Positions 49,617 to 58,056 of a stretch of 64,000 nt of DNA are shown here, piece after piece. The position numbers were made by a program, and so were the translations under genes. Source of the DNA: Candidatus Algichlamydia australiensis (lineage in GTDB: Bacteria; Chlamydiota; Chlamydiia; Chlamydiales; JAJFMI01); contig JAXCHI010000003.1 in assembly GCA_033977065.1 (NCBI GenBank), forward strand, positions 576,001 through 640,000, written 5' to 3'. The notes below the pieces were generated by a model, which saw only the letters and a list, made by a program, of their open reading frames with translations, searched no databases and was not told the origin of the DNA. Position 1 is the first letter of the stretch. The number at the start of each line of letters is the position of its first letter.

Positions 49617-51776
49617 GTGTTTGGTGGGGTCTGCAATTACAGGACGGTAGCGGACGCGTTCGCTCTGCCCCAAAAAAATGATCATTCTTACCTCTTTCCT
49701 GACGGGTTTGAGTTAGTATTTCATGAAAATCATCAGAAAAAATCGGCAAAAAAGTATCAATGGATCACTCCAGACAAGATTTCTTTTCCCTTTTCTCATC
49801 AAAAGGGAATAATCCGTACCTTTTTCGGCGATATCCACTCTTTTTTTTCAAGCTTTTCCTATGAATCGGAAATCTTGGATCCTGAGTTTTCCAGTGAAGA
49901 GCATAGAATTATTTCTGAGAAGGAAAGGGAAATATTTATAAACCTTGGTAACTCCTTTCTGTCAGAACGGAGTAAATCAAATTACAGCATCCATGAAGTA
50001 GAGAAGTTAGGCAAAGACTCTTTTCTTTGTGTCAATGGTAAAACATCTACAGCGAAGCAGAGACATAAGGCAATTTTTGCCTACATCAGGACATTTTTTC
50101 TTCAAAACAGGTATGAATGCAGGCGAATTTTTTTTGATTCAAAAGTGGTAATCGTAGTAGCTCCTCGCAAAAGGGAAGAAGTTCAAATGGGCTATATTTT
50201 ATTTGCAGACTGCAAAAAAGAAGAAGCGAGGATAGTGGAATATGGAGAGCTAAGCAGTCTAGAGCGCGAGCTGTTTTCTAATGAAGAAAAAAAATTTGTA
50301 ACTTTTCGGAATCTTGAAACTGGGTTAGTTGCTCGAGGGATTGAAAAAGAGTGGGAAATCAACGATGAAATTTCATTTGTGCAAATTGGGGGAGACATAT
50401 TAGCTCGAATTAATAAGAGTGGTATAGAGGAACATTACACCACTCCCTTTACAACAGTAGGCCCTTCCGAAAGCGAAATCCCTTTAGGTTTTGAAGAAAA
50501 ATACGTTGGGATGTTTCCTTCTCTAGTTAAAGGAATTATTGTTTTTTACAGGTCGTTTAAGGGTGAAAATTCTTCAATAGAAGCCGCTTCTAAAGAGTTT
50601 CATCTTAGTAAGAGTAAAATAGAAATTTTTGGGAGTTCCCGGTTCCAAAAATATTTTGGCAAATTAGGGCGATTTGACTGGGAAGGTGTAGCAGATTGGA
50701 CTTTTAAAAGTTTTATCGAGGAACGTGAAATATATTTAATTAAGTTAAGAGATGCTGCTAGTGTCGTTTTTTATAACAAATCCTCTAAAGAAATGGTCCT
50801 TCGAAAAGTAGGTGGTAGTCCAAAGGATATAAAAAGTTTATTAAATTTCCCAGAAGAAATTTTCCCAAATATAGAAAGGAATAAATTAGAGATTTCAAGG
50901 TTTGCTTCAACTCTTGAACTCCCTGTCTTTAAAAATTCCAATTATTTTGGAAAAGGGAGAGTATTTTTCAATGCTAAAACCCTCAGTACTGAACAAAAAT
51001 TTTGCCAAGGTGCAGTTCTCCCATTGGTGAAATTTTTGTTCAGTACTGAGGGTAAAACCACTCCTATTGGAAATTGCTTAAGAGTTGAAAAAAAAGGGGG
51101 TAAAAAAAGTGTTTTTATGTCTTTAACAGAGGAGGCAAATGCTGCTTTAGAAAAAAGGTCTTCTTCAAATCTTTCTGTAATATTGGAAGATCGTTGTCCT
51201 GTTGAAAAATTTCTATTGACATTTTTGCCGGGTCCAGCAATAGACGAAAATAAAATAAAAATTCAAGAAACTAGGTCAATATTTGATCCCGATCTTTTTT
51301 TAACTTCAAGAAGGAGCGTGCTTTGTCTGTATGTAAATTCTCCATCTGAGATGAGTTATTTTTCTTTCCAAGATCTCTTTGCCAGCTATACAGGTCATGC
51401 ATTAGTTATCCTAGAGAAAATTAATGGGGCTAGACACGAGACGCTTTGGATTGATGCAATTAGGGGTGATAATGGGAGACTTCAGGTTAGAAGACATGAG
51501 CAGTCTTGGAGAAATAACCCCGCAAAGCCAAGAAAGGCTTGGGAGGTTCGAGCGAGCCAGGTCGACAAATTTATGGAAATTTTTGATGGTGTTAGGGTTG
51601 GCCATTTAGCAGCTCAACAATTTGGATGGTTGAATGGTCGTAAGGATACACAAAATTGCTTAAGTTTTGGCCGTAAGCTACTATTAGCTTGTGGTATTCC
51701 AGAGGAAGAATTGCCAGATCCAGGCCTTTTGGAAAACCCTCACTCATATGTCAATAGAAGAAAGAGAAAAAAATAG
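49617..51776 (+). CDS. Hypothetical protein with a possible C-terminal permuted papain-like domain and basic tail
   Basis: 719 aa, RBS GGAGG; GHALVIL...QNCLSF..KLL..CG; ends NRRKRKK. Confidence 0.7.
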   Translation: MFGGVCNYRTVADAFALPQKNDHSYLFPDGFELVFHENHQKKSAKKYQWITPDKISFPFSHQKGIIRTFFGDIHSFFSSFSYESEILDPEFSSEEHRIISEKEREIFINLGNSFLSERSKSNYSIHEVEKLGKDSFLCVNGKTSTAKQRHKAIFAYIRTFFLQNRYECRRIFFDSKVVIVVAPRKREEVQMGYILFADCKKEEARIVEYGELSSLERELFSNEEKKFVTFRNLETGLVARGIEKEWEINDEISFVQIGGDILARINKSGIEEHYTTPFTTVGPSESEIPLGFEEKYVGMFPSLVKGIIVFYRSFKGENSSIEAASKEFHLSKSKIEIFGSSRFQKYFGKLGRFDWEGVADWTFKSFIEEREIYLIKLRDAASVVFYNKSSKEMVLRKVGGSPKDIKSLLNFPEEIFPNIERNKLEISRFASTLELPVFKNSNYFGKGRVFFNAKTLSTEQKFCQGAVLPLVKFLFSTEGKTTPIGNCLRVEKKGGKKSVFMSLTEEANAALEKRSSSNLSVILEDRCPVEKFLLTFLPGPAIDENKIKIQETRSIFDPDLFLTSRRSVLCLYVNSPSEMSYFSFQDLFASYTGHALVILEKINGARHETLWIDAIRGDNGRLQVRRHEQSWRNNPAKPRKAWEVRASQVDKFMEIFDGVRVGHLAAQQFGWLNGRKDTQNCLSFGRKLLLACGIPEEELPDPGLLENPHSYVNRRKRKK

Positions 51777-51785
51777 GAGAGAAAA

Positions 51786-52157
51786 ATGTCTGCTAAAGTA
51801 AATTCTGATAATGGTTCAGGTATCCGAGATTTATATGATGAGGATTCAAAGCCTGTCGATCAAAGTACGGATGAGATTACAGCCTGTGTTGCCGAAGGTC
51901 TCTCTTATGCTGCAGAGAGGAGTGCTACTTTAGGAACTAAAGCATTGGCAAAAAGTGTAGTAAAAAAGTATTCACCGGAGGCTGCCGAGGCTTCAGGTAA
52001 ATCTGCACCTCACTTAGGTAAAGCAGCAGGACAAGCTGTGAAAAGTCAAAAAGGCAGAGAAATTATTGAGAAGGGGATTGATGCTTCAGCTTCTCTTCAC
52101 GAAGTTGCTGCTGATACTTCGGCCGCGACACCATCAGGTAGCTGTCAACTGATGTAA
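51786..52157 (+). CDS. Small Ala/Ser-rich protein ending in a CaaX-like motif (CQLM)
   Basis: RBS AGGAG, 123 aa, ends TPSGSCQLM*. Confidence 0.75.
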   Translation: MSAKVNSDNGSGIRDLYDEDSKPVDQSTDEITACVAEGLSYAAERSATLGTKALAKSVVKKYSPEAAEASGKSAPHLGKAAGQAVKSQKGREIIEKGIDASASLHEVAADTSAATPSGSCQLM

Positions 52158-52211
52158 ATTTGGGGTCCACACGAGCTAAGGTGAATGAAAGCTTGCGAGC
52201 AAGAAGAAAAC

Positions 52212-53606
52212 TTATAGTGAATATTCTATGCTGAGGCTTTCAAGAAAGCGGTGCGTTTGCTCAACCAAATAAAATGGAAGAGAGAGCAATTTGTACTGGA
52301 TCGGTGTTCCCTTGTGGTCTTTCACATTAACTTCTGTTAATGAAGGCGGGTCGCTATTGATCCGAATTGCAATGGGGTTTTTTTTCTTCTGCATAAAATA
52401 ATGCAAAGAACGTAGTGTGCCCGTGCTTCCAGACTTTACCTCAATAGGTACAACGCTATCATGATGTTGAATAAGATAATCTATTTCAGCATTAGCGCTT
52501 GGGTTCTCTTTGCGCCAGTAATAGGTTTTCGGTTCGATGTATGCAGGAGAAAGAGCTCTTAGCAGCTGCCCTACTACCTGTTCCGAAATCGCTCCGTTAT
52601 TTACGAAATTTAAATCTTCGCATTCAAGGAGGGGCTCTAGGCGAAGGCCTAATGCTGCGTTGCATAATCCAACATCGAGAAATAACATTTTGAAACTCTT
52701 GCTTTTTACTTCGGCTCCAAGTGGTATACCATTAGCAGAACAGTAGGAAACTTTCGTGCAAATTCGTGCTTTTACAAGTAATTCAAGTGCACTTTTTATT
52801 GAATTTGCAGAAACACTCCGGTTGACATGTTGATAAATAAATTTTGTCCCAATCATTCTAGGTATGTTTTCGATCACATCTTCTAGTCTTGCTGACTCTA
52901 TTTTCCCCTGATATTTACTGAAATCATCTCGGTAAGTACTAAGCAAATTATGATGCGCTTTATTGACTTCTATAAATGAAGATTTCTTGATCCAGCAGTT
53001 GACTGCTTCTGGCATTCCTCCAACAATCGTGTACTCCCGGAAGAGTTGAAGAAATTGCTTATGAAGAGCCGCGGGGATGCTAGATGTAAGCGTTGTTTTT
53101 TTGAAAAAGTCACATGTGGTTTTTCCCAAGCGAGCAAACACAAATTCTTCAAAAGAGAGGGGTTCAAGATGCATATATTCAATGCGGCCAACAGGCATGC
53201 TAAATGTGTGTTTGGCAAGCACAAACTCTAGCAAAGATCCAGCAGCAATAACAGGTAATTCAGGGTGTTTTTCTGCAAACCAGCGCAACTTAGCAAGGAG
53301 CTCAGGTGCAGCTTGTATTTCATCCAGAAAGAGAATGATTTTTGACGGATTCAAACGCCTACCTAACGAAGACTCAATCATTGAAAGGGACTCAAAAGGA
53401 TCGTTTGATTCAAAAAATGAAGCTTTTTTGGGTGTGTCTTCAAAGTTTATTTCCACAAGCTCTCTTTTTGCGTTTCGTGCCAATTCACGGACCAGCCAGG
53501 TTTTCCCCACTTGGCGAGCGCCTCGGATCACCAATGGCTTACGGTTCTTATTTTTTAACCAACTTTCAAGAAAAGAGAGTCTTAATCTATTCATAAATGC
53601 CTCCAT
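52212..53606 (-). CDS. AAA_14 ATPase with DUF4143 nuclease-like domain
   Basis: GARQVGKT, FLDEIQ, AAGSLL, GGMPE, DVGL, AEIDYL...PIEVKSG. Confidence 0.9.
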   Translation of the reverse strand: MEAFMNRLRLSFLESWLKNKNRKPLVIRGARQVGKTWLVRELARNAKRELVEINFEDTPKKASFFESNDPFESLSMIESSLGRRLNPSKIILFLDEIQAAPELLAKLRWFAEKHPELPVIAAGSLLEFVLAKHTFSMPVGRIEYMHLEPLSFEEFVFARLGKTTCDFFKKTTLTSSIPAALHKQFLQLFREYTIVGGMPEAVNCWIKKSSFIEVNKAHHNLLSTYRDDFSKYQGKIESARLEDVIENIPRMIGTKFIYQHVNRSVSANSIKSALELLVKARICTKVSYCSANGIPLGAEVKSKSFKMLFLDVGLCNAALGLRLEPLLECEDLNFVNNGAISEQVVGQLLRALSPAYIEPKTYYWRKENPSANAEIDYLIQHHDSVVPIEVKSGSTGTLRSLHYFMQKKKNPIAIRINSDPPSLTEVNVKDHKGTPIQYKLLSLPFYLVEQTHRFLESLSIEYSL

Positions 53607-53676
53607 ATTTAATTAGATTGTACATGAAAATGCCCCCATTTTTCAACAGTAAATGGGTGGAAATGCCCCCATTTTT
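53595..53676. repeat. Three 16 bp direct repeats with a 33 bp period at the start of the AAA gene
   Basis: aaatgcctccatattt (53595), aaatgcccccattttt (53628), aaatgcccccattttt (53661). Confidence 0.8.
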
Positions 53677-53743
53677 ATCGATAATATATCTAAATATCTC
53701 ACGTTTAATAACTTGCATTCGCAACAAGTTACTTACAAAATAT

Positions 53744-55351
53744 TCATGTGATTCTTTGGATGGCGAGAATCGCTTTGGGCTGTTTCTCTAGTGGTTCGCT
53801 TAGGTTTGAGATCATCTTTTTAAAGATCGACTCAGCTTGGTTTTGCGAAGAGAGATCTTGGAATTCAAGAATGGCTTTGCTGTACTCCTCTTCAATTTCA
53901 GCAGCCTCTTTTTCAGAGCAAAAAAATTGATTGAAGGAGTGGAAGAGGAGAGTATCTCCTTCTACCCAATTATCACTTGTCTCATCAAAGACACTATTTT
54001 CATTGGCGCCGAGAAGGGGACCCTGGCTAATGAGTAGGCGTGGTTTGCCGCCACGAGTCAGGTGCCAAAAGGGAGTTTCTCCACAGGCAATAAAGCTAAA
54101 GAGATTTTCAGGAAGATTAATGAAAAGAGCAGAAAGTCCAAATGTTTGGGCGAGGGGATCGCGTGCGACCAGCTGGTTGAGCTCTTGCACAAAATCGAGA
54201 AGAGAAAAGGCGCCAGTGAGATTCTCTTGTTTGCTTGCAATGAGCGTGCGGATCATACCGCGCAGGGCGCTTACGTAGACCATCGCTTCTGCGCTATTTT
54301 CTTTGGATTCCGCAAGGAGAAGGAGATGAGTGCCATTGGGGAATTTAAAAAAATCATAGTAGAGGCCAAAGAGGAGGATGCCGTCAGGGCGGCAGAGGAC
54401 AATATCGAGTTCTGGAACTTGAGGAAGGGTTACGGGTAAAAGTTTGATTTGGGTTTGATTGAGGTTTTCCCAGATCTCTTTGATCTCATCTGCACCGGGG
54501 CGAGTCTCTTTGAGCTGACCCGATTTGATGTAGCCGGTAATATCTGTGATGAAGTCAACAACGTCTTGCGTGCGCTCTTTCGGATCGGACTTCAGCGCTT
54601 TTTCAATGATTTCTCGCAAGGAGGCAGGAAGGAGAGAGAGCTGCACAGAGCCGTAGGAGAGTTTGCCGATGATGAGTTCGTAAGCAATTACGGCAAGCGC
54701 GTAAATATCCGTGTTAAAATCAACATTTAAGGGATCTTTTTTCTGTTCAGGGCTCATGTAGCTGGGGGTGCCCATCATGCCCCCTGGTAGTGAGCGCTGC
54801 TTAGCCTTATCTTGAGTGATCTGAGCCACACCAAAGTCGATGACTTTCACTTGGCCATTTTCTGTGATTAAGATGTTTTCAGGCTTGAGGTCGCGGTGAA
54901 TCACGCCGTGTGTGTGAAGGTGGAGGAGGGCGTAGGCGACTTGCAAGATTACATCAAGGGCGCGCTTGAGTGAAAGAGAGTGCTGCACAATAAATTGGCG
55001 CAGTGAGATGCCCTGGATAAATTCCATGGAGATATAGAGGCCATTTTCCCACTCTCCTTGTCCAAAAAGTTTTACAATATTGGGATGGTCGGCAATGCGA
55101 ATGATCTCTGCCTCTTTTAAAAATTGGTCGACCATTTCTTGGTGCGAAACATATTGTGGAGAGAGCACTTTTACAGCAAGCGGCGCTTGTGTATCGGGAT
55201 GGAGGCCGAGATAGAGGAGGCTCATGCCGCCAGAGTTGAGAAGGCTTTCAATTTTATAGGGGCCAATGCGGGCGGGAATACCACTGTTGATCTGCTTCTC
55301 ATCAATCAAGTGAGGCAGAGTATTTTGCTTATAAAACTCTTGGTGTTCCAT
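53744..55351 (-). CDS. pkn5: Ser/Thr kinase Pkn5-like with a degenerate C-terminal SpoIIE/PP2C-like domain
   Basis: AVK, HPNIV, HRDLKPEN, DFG, GTPSYMSPEQ; directly downstream of cdsQ. Confidence 0.88.
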   Translation of the reverse strand: MEHQEFYKQNTLPHLIDEKQINSGIPARIGPYKIESLLNSGGMSLLYLGLHPDTQAPLAVKVLSPQYVSHQEMVDQFLKEAEIIRIADHPNIVKLFGQGEWENGLYISMEFIQGISLRQFIVQHSLSLKRALDVILQVAYALLHLHTHGVIHRDLKPENILITENGQVKVIDFGVAQITQDKAKQRSLPGGMMGTPSYMSPEQKKDPLNVDFNTDIYALAVIAYELIIGKLSYGSVQLSLLPASLREIIEKALKSDPKERTQDVVDFITDITGYIKSGQLKETRPGADEIKEIWENLNQTQIKLLPVTLPQVPELDIVLCRPDGILLFGLYYDFFKFPNGTHLLLLAESKENSAEAMVYVSALRGMIRTLIASKQENLTGAFSLLDFVQELNQLVARDPLAQTFGLSALFINLPENLFSFIACGETPFWHLTRGGKPRLLISQGPLLGANENSVFDETSDNWVEGDTLLFHSFNQFFCSEKEAAEIEEEYSKAILEFQDLSSQNQAESIFKKMISNLSEPLEKQPKAILAIQRIT

Positions 55352-56455
55352 CTACTTGATTTCTGTGATTTTAACCCCAAGGCGTTCACCAATCTCAATC
55401 AATTCGCCGCGGCCGACTACTTTTCCATTAAGTGTTAGGGAGATGCCTTGCTCAGGCTTGACTGCAAGGTCTAAGACATTGCCGGGTGCGAGCTGCAAGA
55501 GTTTTTCCAAAGTAATTTTTATTCGAGTCATTTCTACATGAATTTGTAGAGGAACAGTCTCGGGTGCTATGACTGCTGGAGCACTCTCCTCTTCAACAGG
55601 AATATTCTCTTCTGGGGCCATAGGGGCGTTTTCATCATGTTCCATTTCACTCTCCTTCGCAAATTGGGCAACGCCCATAATTTTTATCTGATTATCTTTT
55701 ACTTTTGTGTGGAATAGAGGGGCGCCTTGTAGATCCATTTCAAGCGTGCCTTTCTGAGTAAGGGGGTGGTAGGGTGCACGATCTAAGAAGACGAAGTCTC
55801 CTGATTTTAAAGATTTAAACTCTTTCAGGGGAAGTTCGAAAAAGCCAGCAGTGAAGGCAACGGGAACCTCTATTTGCGAATGCCTTGCTGCTGCAAGCAA
55901 GTTCTCTTTTGTGCCAAAGTGGTTTCTAAAACCCTCTTGAAATTCTTTTGGTAAAAGCAATCTTGTCCAAATTGTCTGGCCATTCATTTCTAAGGCGATA
56001 TCAAGTGTATAGCCTGCAGTTGGTTTCACTTCGCCTTGTAAAATTTTTGGTGTGAGGTCGCCGTAAATTTTCTTTTGGTCCAGTACATTTGCTACACGCA
56101 TGCCAATGAAGCGAAAAAATCCTTTAATTAACTCGTCAGCAGAAAAACTCTCTTCAATATTTTCTCCCCCAAGCAATTCGCAAAGAGTTGTAAGATCCTC
56201 TTTCGGTATCAAAAGAAGAGCGGGGGATTTTAGAGGAGTCATTTCAAAGGCGAGAGAAATGGGGGTGGCTCCGAGTCCTGGCATAGGATCTTCACTCCAC
56301 TGCCCCTCTCCGACAGTGAGTTTAAAATTTTCGATTTGCAATTCACTTCCGAGAGCATGAGAAAAATCTTCCCACGGAAATTGAGGAGGTGTCCCCCAAG
56401 CGGGGATTTCCATTGCCTCTTTAAGTATATCTTCGATCGCTTCAGCGATTTCCAT
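55352..56455 (-). CDS. cdsQ: T3SS cytoplasmic ring protein CdsQ/SctQ
   Basis: WG.PPQFPW N-terminus; C-terminal SpoA domain (LAPGNVLDL...GRGELIEIGERLGVKI). Confidence 0.92.
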   Translation of the reverse strand: MEIAEAIEDILKEAMEIPAWGTPPQFPWEDFSHALGSELQIENFKLTVGEGQWSEDPMPGLGATPISLAFEMTPLKSPALLLIPKEDLTTLCELLGGENIEESFSADELIKGFFRFIGMRVANVLDQKKIYGDLTPKILQGEVKPTAGYTLDIALEMNGQTIWTRLLLPKEFQEGFRNHFGTKENLLAAARHSQIEVPVAFTAGFFELPLKEFKSLKSGDFVFLDRAPYHPLTQKGTLEMDLQGAPLFHTKVKDNQIKIMGVAQFAKESEMEHDENAPMAPEENIPVEEESAPAVIAPETVPLQIHVEMTRIKITLEKLLQLAPGNVLDLAVKPEQGISLTLNGKVVGRGELIEIGERLGVKITEIK

Positions 56456-57077
56456 CTTTCACTCCGCGGGTACGTACCTGTTTTTTCTCTTTTCCTATCT
56501 TATAACGCCTTGCCACGCGGTTGATCAAGAGGCCTTCATGTTTTTGCTCGAAACGATCAACAAATTCTCCAATATGACGAGCAAAAATTTGTAGAGCAGC
56601 GTCATTACCCACAAATTCAATATTGAATGCAAAAGGCGCAGTATCAAACCTTGTCAGTTCGATCTCCACACCATTGAAGAGGGAGCAAGGATTGGGAGGA
56701 GTTAAGATCATTGTTGTTGATTCCACACCACCCTCTTCTTTAATTAGCAGAATTGCCTTTGCCATACGCTCCTCAATAAGATCAAGTTGCGACTGAATTT
56801 GCTCTATTTTTACTTCAAGCGTATCTTGCAAAACTTTGATTGTAGGATCAAGACTTGTAGCACCCTCGCCATGAATAATAAGGGTTTTCTCCTCCTCGTC
56901 CATGATCATGCTTACATCCCAAGAGATGGTAAAAACATCTTCTTTTCGCTCAGCTTGCTTTTTTTCTTCCCTCTTTTTGGCGTTGTTGTAAACTTCTTTG
57001 AAATTTTTATTGGGCTTGTTGTTTCTAGCAGGCTCTCGATTGACTCCGCTAGTTTTTACCTTGTTGATCTGATGCAT
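56442..57077 (-). CDS. Short CdsP-like protein (second paralogue)
   Basis: C-terminus STTMIL...SLFNGVEIELTRFDTAPFAFNIEF.G...A...F aligns with 58057-59418; start ATG 57077 inferred. Confidence 0.7.
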   Translation of the reverse strand: MHQINKVKTSGVNREPARNNKPNKNFKEVYNNAKKREEKKQAERKEDVFTISWDVSMIMDEEEKTLIIHGEGATSLDPTIKVLQDTLEVKIEQIQSQLDLIEERMAKAILLIKEEGGVESTTMILTPPNPCSLFNGVEIELTRFDTAPFAFNIEFVGNDAALQIFARHIGEFVDRFEQKHEGLLINRVARRYKIGKEKKQVRTRGVKDGNR

Positions 57078-57085
57078 GACCCCTA

Positions 57086-58054
57086 TTGTACAATAAACCT
57101 GAGTTACCCGCATCTTTCGAGTTCATCTCGCCTCGCCGCTTCGCGCAGCTACCTTTTTATTGTGAAAAAGAGCATAGTGTTTACATGAGAATTTCAAGAA
57201 TCTTGTATTACGGGGCGAATTGTGCTCAGTTTGCTAATATCCAGATGCAAAGCTATGAAAAGACTGCAAGACTTTATGGTACTTTGCAACCGTGGAAGTA
57301 CTGGATAGCCCTTGGCTGTATTGGTCTAAATTCTTCAGAATGCACGGTTTTATTGCTACAGCTTCCGAATAAAAGAGGGGAGAATTTAAGGCCAGAAAAT
57401 GATAGTTTAGCAGGAACAGCGTTGGCTGTAGGTTTTCTTTTAGCTGTCTGTTATCCGTGTGTATTTTTTAGCTGGCCTCTCTTTTTAGGTGCAAAATTTC
57501 TTTTTAGACATGCCCTCTCTGCTATCACGCCTCAAAAACTCTCTTCATTTGTCGGCGATGTGGTGATGCGTCATCAGTGTACATTAAATTTTTCCTCTGA
57601 GTGTTTAGAATATTCATTCATGCAGCATCTTTCTCTCTGGAATGTTTTTTTGAGCGGTCTCATTTTATGGGTAAGTACGAAAAAAGTTGATCGGTGTGGA
57701 TCTGCTGCTATTTTTCTTTCAAATGGATTCAACTCTTTTGCTATTTCAAGATGGAATTTTCTAAAGGTGACTTATACAGATGAATCTCCACCTTATCGTA
57801 GAATTTCAAAGTTTGTATTCTCAAGCGTTTTTCAAGTATTTGAAAGAAGTAAGAGAGAGTTTTATAGCGTAGATCTGCAGGGGAATAGTGTAAGACTAAA
57901 AACGGTTCTTGATGAGTTTTGTGAAAAAAGTAAAAATTTTTGCTTCCCCTCTCGTTTGTGGTATGAAGTTGGGAGTAACCCTAAAATTAAGAGCCCTTTT
58001 TCCCTTAATTTGCTGCTCAATTACGAAGTCGATGCTACAGGGTTTCTAAGATAG
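57086..58054 (+). CDS. Hypothetical hydrophobic protein on the strand opposite the T3SS operon (probable start ATG 57185)
   Basis: Long ORF filling the gap between the two cdsP-like genes; several TM-like segments. Confidence 0.5.
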   Translation: MYNKPELPASFEFISPRRFAQLPFYCEKEHSVYMRISRILYYGANCAQFANIQMQSYEKTARLYGTLQPWKYWIALGCIGLNSSECTVLLLQLPNKRGENLRPENDSLAGTALAVGFLLAVCYPCVFFSWPLFLGAKFLFRHALSAITPQKLSSFVGDVVMRHQCTLNFSSECLEYSFMQHLSLWNVFLSGLILWVSTKKVDRCGSAAIFLSNGFNSFAISRWNFLKVTYTDESPPYRRISKFVFSSVFQVFERSKREFYSVDLQGNSVRLKTVLDEFCEKSKNFCFPSRLWYEVGSNPKIKSPFSLNLLLNYEVDATGFLR

Positions 58055-58056
58055 TC

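Noticed and set aside
53595..53676. Mini-CRISPR interpretation of the 33 bp periodic repeats
   Set aside because: The 16 bp repeat and 17 bp spacer are too short and the repeat is not palindromic.
57110..57150. Short match (catctcgc, gccgcttcgcg) to the 24085-24224 element
   Set aside because: Only 8-11 bp words match, too little to call a second copy without a search.
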